Assembly: GCA_017399945.1 (NCBI GenBank)
Contig: JAFQAQ010000004.1
Coordinates: 199,022-263,021 of the forward strand
Reading direction: 5' to 3'
Length of the DNA stretch: 64,000 nucleotides
Origin: Clostridia bacterium
GTDB taxonomy: Bacteria; Bacillota; Clostridia; Christensenellales; Borkfalkiaceae
Below the pieces are notes generated by a model, which had not been told where the DNA came from, did not search any database, and saw only the letters and a program-made list of their open reading frames with translations. A program made the translations under genes and the position numbers. Position 1 is the stretch's first letter, and each line of letters starts with the position of its first letter. Shown here piece after piece: positions 1 to 8,145 of this stretch.

Positions 1-297
1 AGTCTCGCCTTTATCGTCGCAAGTGCGAATTGATTTATGAGAGTTAAACATACGCACGCCGATATCTTGTATTATTTGCGAAAGGTATTTATCTTTATCT
101 AAAAACACGCAAAAATCCTTGTCTTTTAGGTCGGATACTATTTGGTTGTTTTGCACCCCTGCACGCAAAAAGGCATCAGACAGAATTTCCGTCTGAACGC
201 CCCTTGATAAAAATTCAGTTTGTAATCTTTTGGCTTGGACAAGGCTTTGCCCCGGCACTCCAAAAGCGTTTACTATTATTGCGCCGTTTAGTTTCAT
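1..297 (-). CDS. ATP-grasp (RimK-like) ligase, N-terminal fragment running off the window edge
   Basis: Hand translation. ATG at 297-295 (minus) opens a frame to position 1: MKLNGAIIVNAFGVPGQS...DKDFCVFLDKDKYLSQIIQDIGVRMFNSHKSIRTCDDKGET. This resembles the pre-ATP-grasp N-domain of RimK-type ligases. Not in the ORF track because it is truncated. Confidence 0.35.
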   Translation of the reverse strand, partial: MKLNGAIIVNAFGVPGQSLVQAKRLQTEFLSRGVQTEILSDAFLRAGVQNNQIVSDLKDKDFCVFLDKDKYLSQIIQDIGVRMFNSHKSIRTCDDKGET

Positions 298-298
298 A

Positions 299-1834
299 TT
301 AAAATAATCCGGTTATCTTTCCGTCGTTATCAACGTCTATCTTTTCGGCTGCGGGTACTTTTGGTAATCCCGGCATGGTCATTATAGTTCCCGTTAAAGC
401 AACGATAAAACCTGCGCCTGCCGATACTTTTACCGAACGAACGGTAATCTTGAAGCCTTCGGGTGCGCCTAGTTTGGTTTGGTCGTCAGAGAAAGAATAT
501 TGTGTTTTTGCGATACATACGGGCAACTTGTCGTAGCCGAGACTAGTTAAAGTTGCTATTTGTTTTTGCGCTTCGGCAGTAAACACCGCGCCTTCTCCAC
601 CGTATACTTTTACTGCTATATCGTTGATTTTTTGTTCGATACTATCGTTAACGTCGTAACTAAACGTGAAGTCACCTTTTTGTTCGCAAAGGTTTACGAC
701 TTCTTCGGCAAGGGCTTCACCACCCTTTCCGCCGTCTGCCCATACGGTTGACAATACTACGTTTACGCCGAGTTTTTTGCATTGTTCGATAATAAATTCT
801 ATTTCCTTATCGGTATCGGTTGGGAAACGGTTGATTGCAACTACAGACGGTAGTTTGTATACTTCTTTAATGTTCTTAACGTGTCTTAATAGGTTTGGAA
901 CACCCCTTTCAAGCGCAGATAAATCTTCGGTAGCAAGTTGTGTTTTTGCAAGGCCACCGTGCATTTTAAGAGCTCTTACGGTAGCAACGATTACTACTGC
1001 GGAAGGAGTTAAGTTTGCTAGTCTACATTTAATATCTAAGAACTTTTCCGCGCCGAGATCCGCACCGAAACCCGCTTCGGTAACCACGTAATCGCCGAGT
1101 TTTAATGCCGTTTTAGTAGCGAATACCGAGTTGCAACCGTGCGCTATGTTAGCAAAAGGTCCACCGTGAACTAATGCAGGAGTACCTTCTAGCGTTTGAA
1201 CTAGGTTAGGTTTAATTGCGTCTTTTAGTAAGGCAGTCATAGCGCCCTGAGCGTTTAGTTCGCCTGCCGTTACTGGACGATTATCGTAGGTATATCCAAC
1301 GATTATTGATGCAAGACGGGTTTTTAAATCTTCAATTGAAGTTGCTAGGCATAAAATAGCCATAATTTCAGACGCAACGGTTATATCGTAGCCGTCTTCT
1401 CTTGGAACGCCGTTGGTTTTGCCGTTAAGTCCGTCTACGATAGAACGTAGTTGACGGTCGTTCATATCAACGCACCTTCTCCAAGTAATTCTTCTTGGGT
1501 CAATACCAAGTGCGTTTCCTTGATGAATATGGTTGTCTAGCATTGCTGCTAAGAGGTTGTTTGCAGCGCCTATTGCGTGAAAATCGCCCGTGAAGTGCAA
1601 GTTTATATCTTCCATAGGAATAACTTGCGCCCAGCCGCCGCCAGCCGCGCCACCCTTTACGCCGAATACCGGACCTAAGGAAGGTTCTCTTAACGCAACC
1701 ACTACTTTTTTGCCTATTCTTTTAAGACCGTCTGCTAGCCCTATGGTCGTGGTGGTTTTACCTTCGCCCGCTGGGGTTGGGGTAATTGCCGTTACCAATA
1801 TTAGCTTGCCGTTCTTTTTTGAACTGTCGTTCAT
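299..1834 (-). CDS. fhs: formate--tetrahydrofolate ligase. The annotated ORF lacks the true N-terminus, which lies in another frame up to 1971.
   Basis: 511-aa ORF with [48 protein letters not shown] and the C-terminal MTMPGLPK...ITGLF motifs typical of Fhs. Confidence 0.93.
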   Translation of the reverse strand: MNDSSKKNGKLILVTAITPTPAGEGKTTTTIGLADGLKRIGKKVVVALREPSLGPVFGVKGGAAGGGWAQVIPMEDINLHFTGDFHAIGAANNLLAAMLDNHIHQGNALGIDPRRITWRRCVDMNDRQLRSIVDGLNGKTNGVPREDGYDITVASEIMAILCLATSIEDLKTRLASIIVGYTYDNRPVTAGELNAQGAMTALLKDAIKPNLVQTLEGTPALVHGGPFANIAHGCNSVFATKTALKLGDYVVTEAGFGADLGAEKFLDIKCRLANLTPSAVVIVATVRALKMHGGLAKTQLATEDLSALERGVPNLLRHVKNIKEVYKLPSVVAINRFPTDTDKEIEFIIEQCKKLGVNVVLSTVWADGGKGGEALAEEVVNLCEQKGDFTFSYDVNDSIEQKINDIAVKVYGGEGAVFTAEAQKQIATLTSLGYDKLPVCIAKTQYSFSDDQTKLGAPEGFKITVRSVKVSAGAGFIVALTGTIMTMPGLPKVPAAEKIDVDNDGKITGLF

Positions 1835-1991
1835 TATAGAAAGGTCGATTTTAGCTTTGGTTTTGCCGTATCTTTCATAAAGTTCTTCGGGAATATTTAT
1901 AGATACGCTATATCTCCTATATCCTTGGGGGTTACGCTTTGCGCAATTTCAATGTCTGATAAGTATGCCATAATTTATCCTTTTTGTTTTT

Positions 1992-3455
1992 TTATTTTCC
2001 TCTTTTCCACGTGTTAGGTGCGAAAAGTATTATCATTGGTAAAATTTCTAGTCTACCTGCAAGCATTATAATTGAAAGCAGCATTTTAGAAAAGCCGTTG
2101 TACGCTGCAAAATTCCCTAACGGACCAATAACGTTTGCCATACCCGGTCCTACGTTGCCTATACAAGTTAAGGTTGCAGTGAAATTGGTGAATATATCCT
2201 GCCCTGCGTTTACGTCTAAACAAAGTAACAACGTGCCAATAGCGACTATCATTACCCATAATATAAAGTATACGAAGGTGTTTCTTTCAATTTCCTTTGA
2301 CAAGGATTCTCCGTCTAGTTTGACAGAGTTTATCGACCTTGGGTGTAAGGATTTTTTGATGCCGTTGGTGCATGATTTTCCTAGTATTATTAACCTTGAA
2401 ACCTTTATTCCACCACCCGTAGAACCACCACAAGCACCAATTATCATTAATATCATTAAAATGCCTTTGGATAACGCTGGCCACTCGATAAAGTTTACCG
2501 TTGAAAAACCCGTAGTGGACGAGATTGACGCCGTTTGGAAAAATGCGTGACGGAGCGCAACCCAGAACGAGCCGAAGGAATTGGTTACGTTTAATGCAAT
2601 TATTAAGGTTGCCGTTAGCACGATTATTACGTAACCAATAAATTCTTCGCTTTTAATTGCTTTTGCTATCTTGCCGATTACTATCAAATAAAATAGGTTG
2701 AAGTTTATGCCGAACAAGAACATAAATATTGCAACGACTATTTCTACGTACGCACTGTTATAGTGAGCAATACTGCTTCCGTATATGCCAAGGCCACCCG
2801 TTCCCGCAGTTGAGCAAGAAACTAAAAACGCTTCGTAAAGCCCCATGCCGTTAAACAACAACAATATGGTTTCTACAAAGGTTAAAGCAAGGTATATTCC
2901 GTATAAAATTCTTGCCGTGTGGCTGATTTTACTTACGAGTTTAGATGATGATGGACCCGGCGCTTCTGCGCGCATAATGTACATTGATTCGCCCGTGGAC
3001 GGAAGTATTGCTAAAACGAATACTAATACCCCCATACCACCTAGCCAATGGGTAAATATACGCCAAAACATTATGCCTTTGGGTAACAAAGTGCCAGTTT
3101 CGTCTAAGGATAAAATGGAACTACCCGTAGTGGTAAATCCAGAAACGGTTTCAAAAAAAGCATCAAAAAAGTTGGGGATTGAACCACTTATTATAAAGGG
3201 CAACGCCCCCATTAAAGACATTGTTATCCAGCAAAGCGCAACTATAACGAAGCCTTCTTTTGCGTGCAGAGATTTGTCGCCCAATTTCATTAACGAAAGG
3301 GGCAACCCAATCGATAGCGATAGACCTATCGTTACGAGAAAACTTAGCAACGAGCCGTCTTGATAGATTAAGCCTACCACCATTGGTATACACATTACGA
3401 GCGCTAATATAACTAGCACTTTGCCGAGAGTGTTAAAAACTATTTTATAGTTCAT
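1992..3455 (-). CDS. trkH: TrkH/KtrB-family potassium uptake membrane subunit
   Basis: 487-aa polytopic membrane ORF with repeated selectivity-filter-like TGF/TGG segments (TTGSSIL, STAGTGGLG, SSTTGFST, GGSTGGGIK). It is 3 nt downstream of trkA. Confidence 0.85.
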   Translation of the reverse strand: MNYKIVFNTLGKVLVILALVMCIPMVVGLIYQDGSLLSFLVTIGLSLSIGLPLSLMKLGDKSLHAKEGFVIVALCWITMSLMGALPFIISGSIPNFFDAFFETVSGFTTTGSSILSLDETGTLLPKGIMFWRIFTHWLGGMGVLVFVLAILPSTGESMYIMRAEAPGPSSSKLVSKISHTARILYGIYLALTFVETILLLFNGMGLYEAFLVSCSTAGTGGLGIYGSSIAHYNSAYVEIVVAIFMFLFGINFNLFYLIVIGKIAKAIKSEEFIGYVIIVLTATLIIALNVTNSFGSFWVALRHAFFQTASISSTTGFSTVNFIEWPALSKGILMILMIIGACGGSTGGGIKVSRLIILGKSCTNGIKKSLHPRSINSVKLDGESLSKEIERNTFVYFILWVMIVAIGTLLLCLDVNAGQDIFTNFTATLTCIGNVGPGMANVIGPLGNFAAYNGFSKMLLSIIMLAGRLEILPMIILFAPNTWKRGK

Positions 3456-3458
3456 ATT

Positions 3459-4811
3459 TTACCTGAAAATTTCTTGCAAGTCGGTTACTTGTTTTATGGA
3501 GGTTACCACTATTACCCTGTCGGTTGCTTTAATGGTGGTAAAACCCGTGGGGAGAACGAAACCCTCGTCTCTTACGATACCTGCAATAAGCGAACCTGAA
3601 CGAAGTTTTAATTTTTTTAACGGTTGGTCTAAATACTTAAAAGTTTCGTCTACGGTAAATTCAATCGCGTCTACGTTTGGCGCTAGTTTATATAAGGTGG
3701 TTAACCCTTTGCCAAATTTTGATTGGTGCGCTCTTACAAAACCTATAATTTGGTTTGCAACTGCGTTTCGTGGAGATACAACCGTGTCAAGACCAATGTT
3801 TTCTGCCATTTCTAACGTGGACGTGCGATTTACTTTGGTTACTACTTTATCCACCTTTTTTTGTAGCGCGTATAAAGATATCATAACGTTGCTTTCGTCC
3901 TGATCGGTAAGAGATACCAAGGCGTCCGTGCGAGAAACGTTTTCTTCTTCAAGTAAACTTTGGTCTATGCCGTCCCCGTGAATTATAGTCGCAGAAGGTA
4001 ATTCTTCTGCAAGTTTATAACAAATTCCTTTGTCTTTTTCTATTATCTTTACGTCTACTCCGTTTTTAAGCAAGTTTTCTGCTAACATATAAGATATTTT
4101 GCTTCCACCAACTAATATAACGGACTTGGAACTAGGTTTAAATATTTTTAGCTTTTTGCTAAATTCGTTTATGTCTTTCTCAGAACCGATTATCATTACC
4201 CCGTCGCCTTGACGAATAACGAAATCACCGTGAGGTATATATACTTTGTTGCCACGTTTTACAACGGCAAATAAAACCGATACGCCCGTTTCTCTAGATA
4301 CGGTCATAAGGTCTTTATCTACGATTGGGTTGCCTTGTTCTATTTCAAATTCAACTAGCAACGCCCTTCCCCCTGCGAATACTTCCACGTTCTTTGCAGA
4401 CGGATATTTAAGGGTGCGCGCAATTTCTTCTGCCGTCGTTCTGTCCGGATTGAACAATAAATCTACGCCCAAGTCTTTGCGAAGATTTTGCACTTCGCTA
4501 AATAGTTCTGGTTGCCTTACACGAGCAATGGTGAATTTTGCGCCTGCTTTTTTTGCAAGCAAACACGTTAAAACGTTTAGTTCGTCCCTTGGAGTGCACG
4601 CAATAAATAGGTCGGCTTCGGATACGTTTGCATTATCCAAAGTTTCCCTTTCAATGCCGTTGCCAACCACGCCTTGAACGTCGTAGTGGTTAACCACACC
4701 TTCTAGTTCTGCACGATCTACGTCTATTACCGTTACGTCGTGAAGTTCGTTAATGAAATTTGATGCTAGCGTTTTGCCTACTTTGCCAACGCCTACTATA
4801 ACGATATTCAT
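3459..4811 (-). CDS. trkA: Trk system NAD-binding subunit TrkA (two RCK/KTN modules)
   Basis: 450 aa. An N-terminal IVIVGVGKVGKTLA Rossmann motif and a second VILVGGSKISYMLA module. Forms an operon with trkH. Confidence 0.88.
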   Translation of the reverse strand: MNIVIVGVGKVGKTLASNFINELHDVTVIDVDRAELEGVVNHYDVQGVVGNGIERETLDNANVSEADLFIACTPRDELNVLTCLLAKKAGAKFTIARVRQPELFSEVQNLRKDLGVDLLFNPDRTTAEEIARTLKYPSAKNVEVFAGGRALLVEFEIEQGNPIVDKDLMTVSRETGVSVLFAVVKRGNKVYIPHGDFVIRQGDGVMIIGSEKDINEFSKKLKIFKPSSKSVILVGGSKISYMLAENLLKNGVDVKIIEKDKGICYKLAEELPSATIIHGDGIDQSLLEEENVSRTDALVSLTDQDESNVMISLYALQKKVDKVVTKVNRTSTLEMAENIGLDTVVSPRNAVANQIIGFVRAHQSKFGKGLTTLYKLAPNVDAIEFTVDETFKYLDQPLKKLKLRSGSLIAGIVRDEGFVLPTGFTTIKATDRVIVVTSIKQVTDLQEIFR

Positions 4812-4818
4812 ACGGGTA

Positions 4819-4847
4819 ATTATATATCTTTAATTTATCTTTGTCAA
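4819..4847 (-). promoter_or_regulatory. consensus sigma-A-type promoter of trkA-trkH (TTGACA-17-TATAAT). The ATG lies 7 nt after the -10 box.
   Basis: On the minus strand, TTGACA is at 4847-4842, the spacer is 17 nt and TATAAT is at 4824-4819. TACCCGT follows, then ATG at 4811. No Shine-Dalgarno sequence is present. Confidence 0.6.
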
Positions 4848-4894
4848 CTGATTATTTGTTTGTAGAAAGTTCGCCGTTTATTAGATTTTGCGTA

Positions 4895-4923
4895 TTGACT
4901 TTTAACTTTTTAAGTGATAGAAT
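4895..4923 (+). promoter_or_regulatory. putative promoter of the isomerase gene pair (TTGACT-17-TAGAAT)
   Basis: TTGACT at 4895-4900, a 17-nt spacer, TAGAAT at 4918-4923. It is 32 nt upstream of the ATG at 4955, and GGAG at 4944-4947 serves as the RBS. Confidence 0.5.
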
Positions 4924-4954
4924 TTTTTTGTTAGTAAAAAATTGGAGTTATTCT

Positions 4955-5875
4955 ATGAAAATTACCATTAATTACGGCGAGGATTTTTTTAATAATACCA
5001 TTGCCGATAGTCAAGTTGAATCGTTAAAAAAACTTAAAAATATCGGGTTTGAAGGGCTTGATTACGCCGTTGGGCGTGGTGGTGGAGTTATAAACCCTAT
5101 ATATTTGATGCCCCGAGAAAAATGGGTTAATCACTTTAAGGAACAACGCAAAATGATTGAGGGAGAAGGGCTTGAAGTTTGCCAAACACACGCCACTTAC
5201 CGCTCGGATTTTGATGCCGATTACCCTTTTGAATACACCCAAAAGGTTATCGACCATTATAAAAAGGAAATTGAGGCGACTAATATTTTAGGGTGCAAAC
5301 ATATGGTTTTACACCCCATTACAAAGTGCATTATGCCCTTCCGTGAAGAAGTTGACGTGGAAAGAAAAAACGACGATTTCTTTACTAACGTTAAACAAAT
5401 TAGCAAATTAAAACCTGCCTTAAAGGAATTTGGCGTTAAGGCTTGTTTGGAAAATATGTTTTTATTCTCCTTACATTCTCGCCATATGGTTGATACGGGT
5501 TATTCTTCCCCAGAAGATATGGTGAGATATCTTGACGGACTTGACTGCCCCGAGTGTTTTTGCGCTTGCCTTGATACTGGACATATGAACGTTCTTTGGC
5601 ACGACGTTCCCAATGCAGTTAGAACGCTTGGCGATAAGTTGGAGGTTTTGCACGTCCACGATAACCACCACACCGACGCACACCAATGTATCGGTCTTGG
5701 AGATATCGATTGGTTTGAGTTTGTAAAGGCACTTAAAGAAATTAACTATAACGGTAATTTTAACCTTGAACTTATAATTTCAACCATTGCTAAATACGGA
5801 AAGGCCCTTGCTTGGAGATATATAGAAACTTCCTACCTATCAGCAAAAGCCGTGACTAGTTCCATTAAGGAGTAA
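4955..5875 (+). CDS. sugar phosphate isomerase/epimerase (xylose-isomerase-like TIM barrel)
   Basis: The track ORF 4841..5875 is trimmed to the ATG at 4955, which is preceded by GGAG. It carries HPI, LEN, DTGH and HVHDN metal-ligand-like motifs of the AP-endonuclease-2/xylose-isomerase-like fold. Confidence 0.75.
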   Translation: MKITINYGEDFFNNTIADSQVESLKKLKNIGFEGLDYAVGRGGGVINPIYLMPREKWVNHFKEQRKMIEGEGLEVCQTHATYRSDFDADYPFEYTQKVIDHYKKEIEATNILGCKHMVLHPITKCIMPFREEVDVERKNDDFFTNVKQISKLKPALKEFGVKACLENMFLFSLHSRHMVDTGYSSPEDMVRYLDGLDCPECFCACLDTGHMNVLWHDVPNAVRTLGDKLEVLHVHDNHHTDAHQCIGLGDIDWFEFVKALKEINYNGNFNLELIISTIAKYGKALAWRYIETSYLSAKAVTSSIKE

Positions 5876-5879
5876 TTTT

Positions 5880-6800
5880 ATGAAAACTTCTATAATTTTT
5901 GAATCTACCTTAAAAAATCTTGACACCACGGAAAACGTTTGTAAAACTCTTAAAAAGTCAGGGTTTGACGGTCTTGATTATAGCATTTGCGAAAATTGGG
6001 CAGAAATCCCATCTATCTTTAACAATCCCCGTCAGACTTGGGTGGATTTTTTCAAAGAACAAAGACGAATTATCGAGGGCGAAGGGTTAAACGTTTTTCA
6101 AACACACGCCACTTTGCCTTCGGATTTCGATTATGATAATCCACACCAATTTAGTAAAAAGGTGCTTGACCAACTTAAACGTGAAATAGAGGCTACTGCA
6201 ATTTTAGGCAGTAAATATATCGTTATTCACCCAATAAATTCAATCGTTTGCCCTTACGGAAAACCTATCGACCAAGATGCAAAACAAAGGGACTATGAAA
6301 TAAACATGAAAGAGTTTTCTAAACTTAGACCTACCCTTTTAGAGTTTGGCGTTAAAAACGGCGTGGAAGATATGTTTACTTTTGATAAAGATTGTGGGTG
6401 TTACGTTCAAACGGGTTGTTCCACCCCGCAAGATATGATAAAATACGTTGACGGGCTAAACGATAGAAATGCTTTTTGCGCTTGCCTAGACACAGGGCAC
6501 GTTTATATGCACAATATTCAACCTGCACAAGCCGTTAGAGAACTTGGTGATAGAATTGAACTTTTGCATATTCACGATAATAGAGGTGGAATTGACTCTC
6601 ACCTAATTCCCGGTCTTGGATATACCGATTGGCAAGATTTTGCAAAAGCTCTTAAAGAAATTGATTATAAGGGCGCGCTTAGTTTGGAATTATCTTTTTA
6701 TTCTGCATTAAAGCAGTTCGGAAAAGATTATTTGTATAAATATTTAGACCTTGCTGGTTATAGCGTAAAACGTTTAGCCGAGATGGTTGAAAAAGCATAA
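5880..6800 (+). CDS. sugar phosphate isomerase/epimerase, tandem paralog of the preceding gene
   Basis: 306 aa. It shares the FKEQR.IEGEGL.V.QTHAT, I(V/L)HPI, CLDTGH and LHIHDN blocks with 4955..5875. Confidence 0.75.
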   Translation: MKTSIIFESTLKNLDTTENVCKTLKKSGFDGLDYSICENWAEIPSIFNNPRQTWVDFFKEQRRIIEGEGLNVFQTHATLPSDFDYDNPHQFSKKVLDQLKREIEATAILGSKYIVIHPINSIVCPYGKPIDQDAKQRDYEINMKEFSKLRPTLLEFGVKNGVEDMFTFDKDCGCYVQTGCSTPQDMIKYVDGLNDRNAFCACLDTGHVYMHNIQPAQAVRELGDRIELLHIHDNRGGIDSHLIPGLGYTDWQDFAKALKEIDYKGALSLELSFYSALKQFGKDYLYKYLDLAGYSVKRLAEMVEKA

Positions 6801-6806
6801 TAAACC

Positions 6807-7158
6807 AAAAAACACTCCGCTTGTCGCTCTTCCCGTAGGGAATTGCGACAACTAAATAAATCCGTGAACGGATTTGTTAGATTTGCTTACGCAAGTTATA
6901 TTGCCTATCGGCAGTTATATTCGCCTACGGCGAGTTAAGGATTTATTTAATATAACTGCGACTGCAAGTCGCAATCTAACGCAAAACTTGTTTTGCATAT
7001 CACTTTTAGCCACAAGGCTAAAAATATAACTATATTAACCTAATCTTTTGTGGTAAAGATAAAGCCCACCATATTTCGCTTTTTGCGAAGTATAGTGGGC
7101 TACACTTTTGTCTTAAAGTAAAAATCCCTAAGAGTGACGCCCTTTCGGAGTGTTTTTT
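6807..7158 (+). ncRNA. candidate structured RNA, or a REP/BIME- or MITE-like hairpin array, closed by a 13-bp helix
   Basis: AAAAAACACTCCG (6807-6819) is perfectly complementary to CGGAGTGTTTTTT (7146-7158). At least 10 local GC-cored hairpins lie inside (6821-6851, 6857-6876, 6881-6896, 6901-6914, 6920-6934, 6957-6973, 6981-6996, 7004-7023, 7064-7100, 7104-7119). All G-T wobble pairs occur on the plus strand. No ORF of 60 aa or more is present. Confidence 0.45.
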
Positions 7159-7181
7159 CTTTTGTTTATTTTTAATAATCT

Positions 7182-8129
7182 TTAATAATCGCCGATTGCA
7201 AGGGCAAGAGCTGCGTAGTCGCCAATGTTTTCAGATAGTCCTGCCGGAAGCACTTCAACCACGCTTAGACTATACGACAAACACTCTTTTTTCATTACTT
7301 TTATTGCGTGTGGGTATAGTAAATCGTGCGAACGCATATATACCCCGCCGATAACGATTTTTTGTGGGTTTATAACGTCTACTAGAATACTTAACGTTCT
7401 GCCTAGCATTATACCACTTTTTCTATAAACTGCCTTGCAAAATTCGTTGCCTAGTCTTGCGTGTTCGGCAATGGTTTTTGCCGAGATTTCGTCGCCAACG
7501 GCTTTTTTATACTCTTCAAAACTATCTTTATAACGTTTTTGTTTTGCTATAATTAAAGCAAGTCTTGCTATGCCAGAGCCACTGCAATATCCTTCGCAAG
7601 AACCGTGTTTATAATAACCCAAAGGACCGCTTGCCGTTAGTCTTACGTGACCGATTTCGCCTGCGTTGTCGTTTTGACCGGAGTATAGTTTTCCGTCTAA
7701 TATAAGACCTGCGCCAAAACCCGTGCCGAAAGTTAAAAACACAACGTTATCACTACCCTTTCCCGCACCGAATTTCCATTCGGCAACGGCGCACGCGTTC
7801 GCGTCGTTTTGTAAATAGGTTTTGATATTGAATTTGTTTTCAAAATATTCAACGATATGGATATCGTCCCATAAAGGCAAACTTGGGGGGCGCATAATTA
7901 TTCCCCTTTTGCTATCTAGTGGCCCACCACAAGAGATGCCTATGCCTTGTATTTGTTTGTCTTTTAGATGTTTTTCGATAAAAGCTGAAAACTTTTCTAG
8001 TATGACCGTTGGGTTTTGACCTGCCGTTAAAAAGTATTCTTTATCTTGTATAATTGGTAAACTTTCGGTTGCTTTTCCGAGAGTTGCCGCGCATTTAGTT
8101 CCGCCGATATCTAAGCCGATGTAATACAT
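7182..8129 (-). CDS. ROK family sugar kinase
   Basis: 315 aa. N-terminal GLDIGGTK ATP-binding motif and a Cys-containing ROK signature region (HGSCEGYCSGSG). Confidence 0.8.
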   Translation of the reverse strand: MYYIGLDIGGTKCAATLGKATESLPIIQDKEYFLTAGQNPTVILEKFSAFIEKHLKDKQIQGIGISCGGPLDSKRGIIMRPPSLPLWDDIHIVEYFENKFNIKTYLQNDANACAVAEWKFGAGKGSDNVVFLTFGTGFGAGLILDGKLYSGQNDNAGEIGHVRLTASGPLGYYKHGSCEGYCSGSGIARLALIIAKQKRYKDSFEEYKKAVGDEISAKTIAEHARLGNEFCKAVYRKSGIMLGRTLSILVDVINPQKIVIGGVYMRSHDLLYPHAIKVMKKECLSYSLSVVEVLPAGLSENIGDYAALALAIGDY

Positions 8130-8145
8130 ATTCCTGCTCCGTTAA

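Noticed and set aside
4812-4954. Looked for a c-di-AMP (ydaO/kimA-type) riboswitch upstream of trkA, since potassium transporter genes often carry one.
   Set aside because: The consensus promoter ends 7 nt from the ATG. That leaves no room for a leader, and no ACGGGGA/CCCG-type conserved cores were seen.
6881-6940. Three tandem 19-20-nt units looked at first like a tiny CRISPR-type array.
   Set aside because: The units are contiguous, with no unique spacers. They are only about 20 nt long, diverge from one another, and no cas genes are in the window.
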